Origin: an uncultured Gammaproteobacteria bacterium
GTDB taxonomy: Bacteria; Patescibacteriota; Patescibacteriia; UBA2591; UBA6264
Length of the DNA stretch: 12,453 nt
Assembly (NCBI GenBank): GCA_964507075.1
Contig: CAZDOL010000004.1
Location: forward strand, 1,177 to 13,629
Direction: 5' to 3'
Of the stretch, positions 1 to 7,267 are shown in pieces. Each line of letters begins with the position of its first letter. Position 1 is the first letter of the stretch. Under the pieces are notes generated by a model. The model saw only the letters and a program-made list of their open reading frames with translations, was not told the DNA's origin and did no database searches. The position numbers and the translations under genes are program-made.

Positions 1-73
1 CCAAGCCCTTAAAAAGAGCCTTGCGAGGACCAATTTTTCGAGATAAAATTTTTCCCTTTTTTCTGTGTCGCAT
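1..73 (-). CDS. rplQ: 50S ribosomal protein L17, N-terminal fragment (gene runs off the left edge)
   Basis: The reverse-strand ATG at 73..71 translates MRHRKKGKILSRKIGPRKALFKGL..., matching the canonical MRHRK... L17 N-terminus. It starts 8 nt after the rpoA stop, as in the conserved alpha operon. It is truncated, so it is not in the ORF track. Confidence 0.8.
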   Translation of the reverse strand, partial: MRHRKKGKILSRKIGPRKALFKGL

Positions 74-81
74 AGAACAAA

Positions 82-951
82 TTATTTTTTCTTTTTGGTT
101 TTAACTACTTTCTTAACTACTTTCTTAACTACTTTCTTAATAACCTTTTTATTTGCTACTTTTTTAGCAATTTTTTTAGTTGCTTTTTTAACAACCTTTG
201 GTTTGACAGCAACTATTTTCTTTTTTTCTGATGATTTAGAAGAAATAATAACAGCACTTAACTCACTCAAATAAGAAAACTGTTCGTTTAACAATTCCAT
301 AGCCTTTAATCCAGCTTCTAATGGAGAAATGGTCCCGTCTGTTTCAATTCCCAAAATCAACCTATCATAATCAGTGCGGCCTCCTACGCGCACATTCTCA
401 ATGTTAACTGAAACTTGCAAAATAGGTGTAAAAATTGAATCAACAACTATAGTGCCAATATCTAAATTTTCTCTTTCCTTTGCTTCTGAGGGTACCCAGC
501 CATAGCCCTTAGCTACCCAAATTTCCATTTCTAATTTGGCTTTTTTGTCAGTTAAATCAGCAATCAATAAATCAGGATTAATTATCTCTACATCTGCTAA
601 TCTTTCAATGTCAGAAGCATAAACCTTTTTTTCGCCACTAGCTTTTAGGATTAACTTAATAGGATCGTCGTTTTCTGAAAAAATTCTTAATCGCAATAAT
701 TTTAAATTCAAAATAATGCCCAGAACATCTTGATAAATATAAGGAATGGGAGAAAATTCATATTTAACTCCTTTTATCTTAACTGACACTACAGCTGCTC
801 CTCCCAAAGAAGTGAGCAAAACCCTCCGCAATGCATTGCCCCAAGTTATTCCATAACCAGGGTAACAGGGCTCAATAATTACAAAACCTTTGTTTTTGTT
901 TCCTTCGTCTTGTTGAAAATTAATTTCTCGTGGCAAAAAAATATTTTTCAT
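82..951 (-). CDS. rpoA: DNA-directed RNA polymerase alpha subunit (NTD only, plus a Lys-rich tail)
   Basis: This is a 289-aa ORF. Residues 1-231 align to the alpha N-terminal domain (GNALRRVLLTSLGGAAV vs E. coli GNALRRILLSSMPGCAV; RVGGRTDYDRLILGIETDGTISP vs [23 protein letters not shown]). It lies between rpsD and rplQ. The C-terminal 58 aa are Lys/Val-rich and have no helix-hairpin-helix CTD motif. Confidence 0.93.
   Translation of the reverse strand: MKNIFLPREINFQQDEGNKNKGFVIIEPCYPGYGITWGNALRRVLLTSLGGAAVVSVKIKGVKYEFSPIPYIYQDVLGIILNLKLLRLRIFSENDDPIKLILKASGEKKVYASDIERLADVEIINPDLLIADLTDKKAKLEMEIWVAKGYGWVPSEAKERENLDIGTIVVDSIFTPILQVSVNIENVRVGGRTDYDRLILGIETDGTISPLEAGLKAMELLNEQFSYLSELSAVIISSKSSEKKKIVAVKPKVVKKATKKIAKKVANKKVIKKVVKKVVKKVVKTKKKK
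103..138. repeat. Perfect 12-bp tandem repeat x3 (AACTACTTTCTT) inside the rpoA tail-coding region
   Basis: Three identical units occupy 103-114, 115-126 and 127-138, with a degenerate fourth unit after 139. On the minus strand they encode the (KKVV)n part of the RpoA tail. Confidence 0.9.
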
Positions 952-985
952 ATTATTAAATTTATCAAAATCTTTAAATTATATT

Positions 986-1618
986 TTAACGACTATAAAA
1001 TGCTATAATTAATTTGCTGTCAAATGCTTGGGGAAGGTCTTTCTCATTTGGCTCTTGCAAAATTTTAATCTGCAAATTCTTGGAATCAACGTCAAGCCAA
1101 ACTGGCAAGAAATCTTTATCTTTATTTTTGGATAAAGCAAGATTATTTTTAACCATTGATTCAATATTTTTTTTATTTTTGACTTTAATTATATCTCCAA
1201 TTTTTACTCTATAAGAAGGAATATCTAAACGTTTATCGTTTAATAAAACATTTCCGTGACTAATTAATTGACGTGCTGCTCTGCGCGAGCCAGTAAAACC
1301 AGCCTTACAAACCACATTATCAATTCTGGTTTCAAATAATCTTAAAAAGTTTATTTCTGTGTTCCCCTTTTTGTTTTTAGCATTAGTAAAATAATTTTTG
1401 CATTGTTTTTCTGATATGCCATAAAACCTTTTTAAGCGTTGTTTTTCCCGTAACTGCAAACCATATTCTGATAAACGAGAATAACCCTTTGGCCCATTGG
1501 CTCCTGGTGGATATTTTCTTTTATTCAAAGCGCACTTAGAGGTAGCACAACGTTCCCCTTTTAAAAAAAGTTTTTTGCCTTCTCGGCGACACATTTTACA
1601 TCTTGGCATTGATATCAT
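986..1618 (-). CDS. rpsD: 30S ribosomal protein S4
   Basis: The ORF track extends to 1660, but that start overlaps rpsK by 31 nt. The ATG at 1618 gives MISMPRCKMCRREGKKLFLKGERC..., which aligns with the Cys4 zinc-ribbon N-terminus of S4 (Thermus [26 protein letters not shown]). The C-terminus ...LIIAFYSR is typical. The ATG at 1609 is an alternative start. Confidence 0.9.
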   Translation of the reverse strand: MISMPRCKMCRREGKKLFLKGERCATSKCALNKRKYPPGANGPKGYSRLSEYGLQLREKQRLKRFYGISEKQCKNYFTNAKNKKGNTEINFLRLFETRIDNVVCKAGFTGSRRAARQLISHGNVLLNDKRLDIPSYRVKIGDIIKVKNKKNIESMVKNNLALSKNKDKDFLPVWLDVDSKNLQIKILQEPNEKDLPQAFDSKLIIAFYSR

Positions 1619-1629
1619 TTTTTGTATTT

Positions 1630-2016
1630 TTATACTCTTCTTACTCCTCGCGCTCGGCAACCATTATGTGGCAAAGGAGTAATGTCTTTAATTGATAAAA
1701 TATTCAGTCCGTTAGTATATAAGGACCTTACAGCTGATTCGCGGCCCATTCCAACTCCTTTTACAAAAACTTGCACTTCTTTTAGACCATAATCTTTAAC
1801 ACTTTCCACTACTTTTTTGACAATAATACTAGCGGCATAAGGGGTGGCCTTTTTAGCTCCCTTAAAACCAAAACAACCCGCACTAGACCAGGACAAAACA
1901 TTACCCCCTAAATCCGTTAAACTAACGATTGTGTTATTATAGGTGGCTTTAATGTATGCGCGGCCACGAGGCACCTGTTTGATTATTTTTTTCTTACGTT
2001 TTTTAATAACTGCCAT
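1630..2016 (-). CDS. rpsK: 30S ribosomal protein S11
   Basis: The 128-aa ORF contains typical S11 sequence: ...[30 protein letters not shown]...[13 protein letters not shown]...[13 protein letters not shown]. It lies between rpsM and rpsD. Confidence 0.95.
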   Translation of the reverse strand: MAVIKKRKKKIIKQVPRGRAYIKATYNNTIVSLTDLGGNVLSWSSAGCFGFKGAKKATPYAASIIVKKVVESVKDYGLKEVQVFVKGVGMGRESAVRSLYTNGLNILSIKDITPLPHNGCRARGVRRV

Positions 2017-2032
2017 AATATGATTAAATTAT

Positions 2033-2425
2033 TTATGTCTTTTGGGCTGATGGTCGTCTGCCACTGCCAGAAGTTTTTCTTATATTGCCACGAACAGTAC
2101 GACTATTTGTCTTTGTCCTCTGCCCACGAACAGGCAAACGTTTTGTGTGTCTAGTTCCCTTATAACAACCAATGTCTTTTAATCTTTTAATATTTGAAAT
2201 CACATCTCTTCTTAAATCTCCACCAGTTCTGTAATTATCTTCAATAATTTTTTTCAACTTACCCACCTCTTCTGGGTTTAGATTTTCTACTAACTTATTT
2301 TTGTCTATGTTGGCCTTTTCTAAAATCTCAATAGATAAACTGTGACCAATTCCAAAAATATAGGTTAAACCTATCTCAATTCTTTTTTTTGCTGGCAAAT
2401 TAATACCTACTATTCTCGCTATCAT
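2033..2425 (-). CDS. rpsM: 30S ribosomal protein S13
   Basis: The 130-aa ORF reads MIARIVGINLPAKKRIEIGLTYIFGIG...RLKDIGCYKGTRHTKRLPVRGQRTKTNSRT, which is canonical S13. Confidence 0.95.
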   Translation of the reverse strand: MIARIVGINLPAKKRIEIGLTYIFGIGHSLSIEILEKANIDKNKLVENLNPEEVGKLKKIIEDNYRTGGDLRRDVISNIKRLKDIGCYKGTRHTKRLPVRGQRTKTNSRTVRGNIRKTSGSGRRPSAQKT

Positions 2426-2508
2426 AGAAGTTGGTTAATTGGTTAATTAGGTAATTGGTTAATTGGGATTTTAAAATACCTAATCCCCAAGTACCCAAGT
2501 ACCTAAGT
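2426..2508. repeat. Spacer element E1: two blocks of phased 8-nt units filling the rpmJ-rpsM gap
   Basis: The plus strand reads GGTTAATT GGTTAATT AGGTAATT GGTTAATT (2433-2464), then the spacer GGGATTTTAAAATA, then CCTAATCC CCAAGTAC CCAAGTAC CTAAGT (2479-2508). It shares 9-10-mers with the element at 8743-8817. Confidence 0.7.
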
Positions 2509-2622
2509 TTATCCTTGTCTTTGTTTGTGCTTCGGGTTTTTACAAATAACATAAATCCTCTTCCCTCGACGGACTATCTTGCACGAATTACACATTTTTT
2601 TCACTGAAGATCTCACTTTCAT
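2509..2622 (-). CDS. rpmJ: 50S ribosomal protein L36
   Basis: At 37 aa it is too short for the ORF track. The reverse-strand reading frame runs from ATG 2622..2620 to TAA 2511..2509 and gives [37 protein letters not shown], canonical L36. It sits in the conserved infA-rpmJ-rpsM position. Confidence 0.9.
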   Translation of the reverse strand: MKVRSSVKKMCNSCKIVRRGKRIYVICKNPKHKQRQG

Positions 2623-2672
2623 AATAAATTTATATAGGGATACTAAAATATTGAAGAGATAAACTCCGCATT

Positions 2673-2695
2673 AAAAAAATCCTTTAAAAAGGATT
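2673..2695 (-). terminator. Weak intrinsic-terminator-like hairpin after infA
   Basis: The minus-sense sequence AAUCCUU-UUUA-AAGGAUU forms a 7-bp stem with only 2 G-C pairs, followed by a run of six U. It begins 4 nt after the infA stop. It may only attenuate readthrough into rpmJ. Confidence 0.35.
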
Positions 2696-2699
2696 AAAT

Positions 2700-2933
2700 C
2701 TATTTTAAGCGGTAGACTATTCTCCCTTTAGTTAAATCATAAGGACTAATTTCTAATTTTACTCTATCTCCTTGCGAAATCCTAATTCTATACATTCTCA
2801 TCTTTCCAGAAAGATGGGCTAAAATACTTTTCCCATTGTCTAGAGTGACCCTGAAGGTTGTTGATGGTAATAATTCTTCCACCACTCCTTCAGCATTTAA
2901 AAAGTCCTTAGATATTTTTTGTCTGTCAGGCAT
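2700..2933 (-). CDS. infA: Translation initiation factor IF-1
   Basis: The 77-aa ORF reads ...[63 protein letters not shown], the canonical IF-1 S1-like fold sequence. Confidence 0.93.
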   Translation of the reverse strand: MPDRQKISKDFLNAEGVVEELLPSTTFRVTLDNGKSILAHLSGKMRMYRIRISQGDRVKLEISPYDLTKGRIVYRLK

Positions 2934-2959
2934 AAAAAATTGATTTGTAGATATAAATT

Positions 2960-2988
2960 ATTTTACACATCCGTTATATTGTTGTCAA
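2960..2988 (-). promoter_or_regulatory. Candidate sigma-70-type promoter for infA
   Basis: The minus strand reads TTGACA (2988..2983), a 17-nt spacer, then TAAAAT (2965..2960), ending 26 nt upstream of the infA ATG. The -35 hexamer is a perfect consensus match. In AT-rich DNA the -10 match alone is weak evidence. Confidence 0.5.
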
Positions 2989-3123
2989 CCCCCACACTAT
3001 AACAGCAATGCATTTTCAATGCGAATTACTGTATAAAAATTTAATTCCGTTATTTCAAAAAACTATTTTAATTTGAAAAAATTTAAAAATGCAAATAAGC
3101 ATTATTGCTGTTTAGTGTGGGGG
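2989..3123. repeat. 135-bp inverted-repeat element (MITE-like or large stem-loop)
   Basis: The arms CCCCCACACTATAACAGCAATGC (2989-3011) and GCATTATTGCTGTTTAGTGTGGGGG (3099-3123) pair as 11 + 9 + 2 bp with small bulges. They enclose ~87 nt of AT-rich sequence. CAA flanks both ends (2986-2988 and 3124-3126). Confidence 0.7.
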
Positions 3124-3148
3124 CAACCCCTTATTATTAAATAAAAAA

Positions 3149-3820
3149 TTAATTAATGAATATTTTGATTCGAGATGGAAATAAAGGCAAACGTTGCCAA
3201 AACTCAGGCCAATTATTTATTTTGACAGTTTTTATTCCTGCTAATTCTGTTAAAATTCTGTTTGCTTCTGTTAATTTTTGTGAAGTCATAAACTTTTTCA
3301 AAGTTTTTAAATCATAATTCATAACCACTTCCTCTTTCATAGAAACCGACAAAATTGCTCTCCCCTTTTCTAAATCTTTGCTAATGATTTGAATCTCCCA
3401 TTCTAAGGGATGGAACTCTGCTACCTCCTTTATGGGTATAAAACCAGCATTTGGATGTTCTGTTTGGGAAGAATTATCTAAAATATTCTGCACTTTATAT
3501 TCAGCAATTTTTTGCATATCCCTTTTCAGAAAAACAACCATTTTTTTTGCTATATCATCTCTCAGCTCGTCAATTAATATATAATCTGGATCTAATTGTT
3601 CTTCTGAATTGATAGTAATAATTTCAGAAGAAATAATACCTAAGTTGAGTAAGGGCTGTTTGGCTCCTTGACTAAGGTTAATTTCAAAATCTAAAAGCAA
3701 GGGTTCAGAAATAGAGGTTAGTTCTATTTCTGTTCTAGGCAACCAAGCAATAGTAAATAATAAAAGTAAAATCAGCAAGCCGAAAACAAAAAATCTAAAA
3801 GTGGGAAAATTATATATCAT
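3149..3820 (-). CDS. Hypothetical single-pass membrane protein, translationally coupled to murB
   Basis: The 223-aa ORF has an N-terminal hydrophobic helix (FRFFVFGLLILLLLFTIAWL) followed by a soluble domain that I do not recognise. Its start ATG overlaps the murB TGA (ATGA at 3820..3817). Confidence 0.7.
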   Translation of the reverse strand: MIYNFPTFRFFVFGLLILLLLFTIAWLPRTEIELTSISEPLLLDFEINLSQGAKQPLLNLGIISSEIITINSEEQLDPDYILIDELRDDIAKKMVVFLKRDMQKIAEYKVQNILDNSSQTEHPNAGFIPIKEVAEFHPLEWEIQIISKDLEKGRAILSVSMKEEVVMNYDLKTLKKFMTSQKLTEANRILTELAGIKTVKINNWPEFWQRLPLFPSRIKIFIN

Positions 3821-4767
3821 ACCAAATACTCAATTTCTAAAGCTAAATTAATATTAAATTTTTTCTTGACTTGTTCTTGAACAATTTTTATTAGAGATTG
3901 AACATCCTGAGCTTTAGCCTTATTAATGTTAATTATAAAATTAGCATGTTGACTACTAATCTGCGCTCCGCCTATTTTATGACCCCTTAATCCGCATCTA
4001 TCAATCAGCCAACCAGCAGGAATATTCCCTTTTTCAATAAAAACAGGTGGTAACTGATTTAAAAGAGATGAGGGCATATTTTTTTTGATTTCAATGTTCT
4101 TGAAAATGCAACCCGCGGAACAACCCCGCGGAACCCCCTTTTGGCGAATATTTATAATCTCTTTCTGGGTTGATAAAATTTTATTCTGATTTTCTAACCT
4201 CAATTTAAACTCTGCCGAAAGAATAATTATTTTTTTAGAATCAAGATTTTTCAATCTACTGCTACGATAAGCAAACTTAAACCAATCGGCTTCCTTCTTG
4301 CTAATTTGACCATCAGGCATTAACAAAGTAGCACTGACCACAAAATCCCCTATGCTTTTTTTATTTCGAGGCCAGCCAGCATTACCATAGATTGCTCCTC
4401 CTATTGTTCCCGGAATACCAACAAAATATTCCAATCCACTTAATCCTTGTTTAATAGAAAAAGCAATTAATTCACTTAACAATACACCGGCCCCTACCTC
4501 CACTATTCTTGAAACTCCTTGGCTTTTCTTTATTTTAACACCCATAGCCGGAACCTTAATCAAGAGACCATTAAACCCTTGGTCTGATACTAAAATATTA
4601 CTTCCTCCTCCTAAAACGAAATACGGAATGTTCTGTTCTTGGGCCCAACCAACAACCTTCTTGAGCTCTTCTTTGTTTTGAGCTTCAAAAAAATACTTAG
4701 CTTGACCGCCTATTTTAAAAGTAGTCAAAGAATCTATTCTCACATTCTTTTGTATTAACAAATTCAT
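3817..4767 (-). CDS. murB: UDP-N-acetylenolpyruvoylglucosamine reductase
   Basis: The 316-aa ORF has the typical MurB FAD-binding N-terminus (TTFKIGGQAKYFFEA...VLGGGSNILVSDQGFNGLLIK) and C-terminal domain (AGWLIDRCGLRGHKIGGAQISSQHANFIIN). Confidence 0.92.
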   Translation of the reverse strand: MNLLIQKNVRIDSLTTFKIGGQAKYFFEAQNKEELKKVVGWAQEQNIPYFVLGGGSNILVSDQGFNGLLIKVPAMGVKIKKSQGVSRIVEVGAGVLLSELIAFSIKQGLSGLEYFVGIPGTIGGAIYGNAGWPRNKKSIGDFVVSATLLMPDGQISKKEADWFKFAYRSSRLKNLDSKKIIILSAEFKLRLENQNKILSTQKEIINIRQKGVPRGCSAGCIFKNIEIKKNMPSSLLNQLPPVFIEKGNIPAGWLIDRCGLRGHKIGGAQISSQHANFIININKAKAQDVQSLIKIVQEQVKKKFNINLALEIEYLV

Positions 4768-4852
4768 ATAAACTTTATTATTTTTTGTTTTATGCTCTCT
4801 TTGAATTTTAACAAATTTTATCCATAAAAGCCATTGTCGGTTTGATAAAACT

Positions 4853-4880
4853 TTGATACAATATTATTACATTATATATA
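4853..4880 (+). promoter_or_regulatory. Candidate promoter for corA
   Basis: TTGATA (4853-4858) is followed by 16 nt and then TATATA (4875-4880), about 20 nt upstream of the corA ATG. A second TTGATA lies at 4842-4847. The AT-rich context makes chance matches likely. Confidence 0.3.
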
Positions 4881-4899
4881 AAAAATTAACCCCAAACTA

Positions 4900-5829
4900 A
4901 TGGCTAATTTAAATATTCAAGAAATAAAAAGTAAAAATTTAACATGGATAAATGTTTCGGCTTGTGAGCCAAAAGAGATGAAAAAAATTGAACAAAGATT
5001 TAAGCTTCATCCCTTACATATTAATGATTGTCTTTCTCCAGTCCAAAGACCCAAATTAGATATTACTACCAATTATTTATTTATGGTCCTTTTATTTCCT
5101 GTTTATAATCGCCGTACCAGAAAAATCATCTCTTCGGAAATTGACTTTTTTATTAACTCCAACACTTTAATTACTATCCATCGCGGAGAATTAGCCCCTT
5201 TAATAAACTTTTTCAACCTCTGCCAAACCAATCAAGAACAAAAAGAAAAATATTTTATTGGTAGTCCAGCCATTTTAATATATGAACTCTTGAATCGCCT
5301 CTTGTCCTCGTGCAATCCTATTCTAGGCAACATGAACCTCAATATAAACAGTATTGAAGAAAATATTTTTGATGGCTATGAAAAAAGAATGGTTAGAGAA
5401 ATATTAATAGCTAAAACAAATATAGTAAATTTTAGAAGGATCACCCAGAGTCATCGTTTGGTGGTTACTAAATTATTAGAAAAAAGCTCTCTATTCTTTT
5501 CTCCTGGTCAATTAAAAATATATTTTAAGGAAGTTATAGAAACGGCCGAAGATATCTGGCAGAATCTTGAGAACTTGAAACAAACAATTGAGGCTATTGA
5601 GCAAACGAATAATTCTTTAATATCTTTTCAATTAAACGATATTATTAAAATTCTAACCATAATTTCTATTGTCGTTCTCCCAATTAGTTTAATAGGAACC
5701 ATTTTTGGAATGAATCTAAAATTTTTACCTCTCGCAAATCATCCTGTTGGATTTTTTGTATTATTAGGTGCAATGGTATTAATAATTATATTCCTGATTA
5801 GTTATTTTAAGAAAAGAAAATGGTTTTAA
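4900..5829 (+). CDS. corA: CorA-family Mg2+/Co2+ transporter
   Basis: The 309-aa ORF has two C-terminal TM helices flanking the signature GMN motif (LIGTIFGMNLKFLP), and a basic C-terminal end (KKRKWF). Confidence 0.9.
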   Translation: MANLNIQEIKSKNLTWINVSACEPKEMKKIEQRFKLHPLHINDCLSPVQRPKLDITTNYLFMVLLFPVYNRRTRKIISSEIDFFINSNTLITIHRGELAPLINFFNLCQTNQEQKEKYFIGSPAILIYELLNRLLSSCNPILGNMNLNINSIEENIFDGYEKRMVREILIAKTNIVNFRRITQSHRLVVTKLLEKSSLFFSPGQLKIYFKEVIETAEDIWQNLENLKQTIEAIEQTNNSLISFQLNDIIKILTIISIVVLPISLIGTIFGMNLKFLPLANHPVGFFVLLGAMVLIIIFLISYFKKRKWF

Positions 5830-5848
5830 ATATGAAAAATTATCATTT

Positions 5849-7240
5849 ATGCTTAAAATATATAATACTTTAAATAGAAAAAAAGAAAACTTTAAACCTA
5901 TCAGAAAAGGTAAAGTTGGGCTCTATAGTTGTGGCCCAACTGTTTATAACTATGCCCACATTGGTAACTTGCGGGCATATATTTTTGCGGATATCTTAAA
6001 AAGAGTATTAAAATATAATAACTATAGCGTAAAACATGTCATTAATATTACCGACATTGGACATCTCGTTTCTGATGCTGACGAAGGAGAAGACAAAATG
6101 GTCAAAGCCTTAAAGCGCGAGGGAAAAGAGTTAAATAAAAAATCAATGAAAGAAATGGCTAATTTTTACGCCAAATCCTTTTATCAAGACATCAAAGAAT
6201 TAAATATTTTAAAAGCAAACAAATTTCCCAAAGCCACCAAACATATCAAATGCATGGTCAAAATGATCCAACAAATACAAAAAAATGGCTATGCTTATGA
6301 AACATCTGATGCTATTTATTTTAATACTCATAAGCTTCAGAATTATGGATATTTAGCGCGATTAGACACTAAAAAATTTTGTCCCAGAGCAAGAATAAAA
6401 ACAAATCCCGAAAAGAAAAATATTACTGATTTTGCTTTGTGGTTTAAGGCAACAGGAGAAAAGAAAACTCACCTAATGCAATGGAACTCCCCTTGGGGGA
6501 AAGGTTGGCCTGGTTGGCATATTGAATGTTCGGCAATGTCCACGAAACATTTAAAACAACCATTTGATATTCATACCGGGGGAATAGACCATATTCCAGT
6601 TCATCACACCAATGAAATTGCCCAAGCTCAGGCCGCCCAAAACAAGCCCTTGGCTAACTATTGGCTCCATAATGAATTTTTAATTTTGGATAAAGAAAAA
6701 ATGGCCAAAAGCGGTGAAGGTTTTATTACTCTCTCTTCTCTAATTACTAAGGGCTTCAATCCCTTAGCTTATCGCTATCTTTGCTTAAGTGCCCATTACC
6801 GCTCTCCTCTTTCCTTTAGTTGGGAAAACTTAACCGCAGCTCAAAATGCTTTAAATAATCTCAACAATCTTATTTCTCAATACCCTCAACCAAGTAAAAT
6901 AATAGAACCAATAAAAAAAGAATTTCTGACAACTATCAATAATGATTTAGATACTCCTGGCGCCTTGGCTATCCTTTGGGATTTAATTAAGAGTAATCAG
7001 CCAAATAATAAAAAAATGGCCACTCTTTTAGAGTTTGATAAAGTGCTGGGATTAAAATTTAATAAAATAAAAAAAACCTCTCTAAAGATTCCTGACGAAA
7101 TAAAAAAATTATCTAAAAAAAGAGAAGAATTGCGTCAACAAAAAAAATGGTCAGAAGCCGACCAAATACGAGAAGAAATAGAAAAACTTAGTTTTAGTAT
7201 AGAAGACACCCCCAAAGGAACCAAAATCAACAAAATTTAA
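5849..7240 (+). CDS. cysS: Cysteine--tRNA ligase
   Basis: The 463-aa ORF has CGPTVYNYAHIGNLR (the HIGH motif region), the WHIECSAM zinc-site region, and KMAKSGEG (a KMSKS variant). Confidence 0.95.
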   Translation: MLKIYNTLNRKKENFKPIRKGKVGLYSCGPTVYNYAHIGNLRAYIFADILKRVLKYNNYSVKHVINITDIGHLVSDADEGEDKMVKALKREGKELNKKSMKEMANFYAKSFYQDIKELNILKANKFPKATKHIKCMVKMIQQIQKNGYAYETSDAIYFNTHKLQNYGYLARLDTKKFCPRARIKTNPEKKNITDFALWFKATGEKKTHLMQWNSPWGKGWPGWHIECSAMSTKHLKQPFDIHTGGIDHIPVHHTNEIAQAQAAQNKPLANYWLHNEFLILDKEKMAKSGEGFITLSSLITKGFNPLAYRYLCLSAHYRSPLSFSWENLTAAQNALNNLNNLISQYPQPSKIIEPIKKEFLTTINNDLDTPGALAILWDLIKSNQPNNKKMATLLEFDKVLGLKFNKIKKTSLKIPDEIKKLSKKREELRQQKKWSEADQIREEIEKLSFSIEDTPKGTKINKI

Positions 7241-7267
7241 AATTTTATGTAGTTGAATCTTAAATTT

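Noticed and set aside
65-274. A 69-aa plus-strand ORF with TTFLTTFLTTFL repeats.
   Set aside because: It is the antisense shadow of the Lys-rich rpoA tail and the 12-bp repeat. It overlaps rpoA and the rplQ start entirely and has no independent support.
1014-1214. A 66-aa plus-strand ORF.
   Set aside because: It lies wholly antisense to the well-supported rpsD. Its sequence is low-complexity and it resembles no known protein.
1619-1660. An upstream extension of the S4 ORF ([14 protein letters not shown]...).
   Set aside because: It would overlap rpsK by 31 nt, and it adds residues with no counterpart in S4 alignments. The ATG at 1618 places the Cys4 motif at the normal distance from the N-terminus.
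1497-1682. A 61-aa plus-strand ORF.
   Set aside because: It is antisense to the rpsD/rpsK junction and is a shadow ORF.
2433-2508. The short phased direct repeats could be mistaken for a mini CRISPR or another tandem array.
   Set aside because: The units are 8 nt and contiguous with no spacers, there are only 3-4 copies, and no cas genes are present. This is not a CRISPR array.
2989-3123. The large hairpin as a candidate SRP (4.5S) or 6S RNA gene.
   Set aside because: There is no SRP domain IV signature (a GNRA tetraloop with the conserved symmetric and asymmetric loops). The interior is almost pure A/T and does not pair in the 6S-like pattern of closing stem, central bubble and terminal stem.
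7241-7267. The convergent cysS/tmk gap, checked for a bidirectional terminator.
   Set aside because: Only a 7-bp all-A/U pairing with a 16-nt loop is possible. That is too weak to call.
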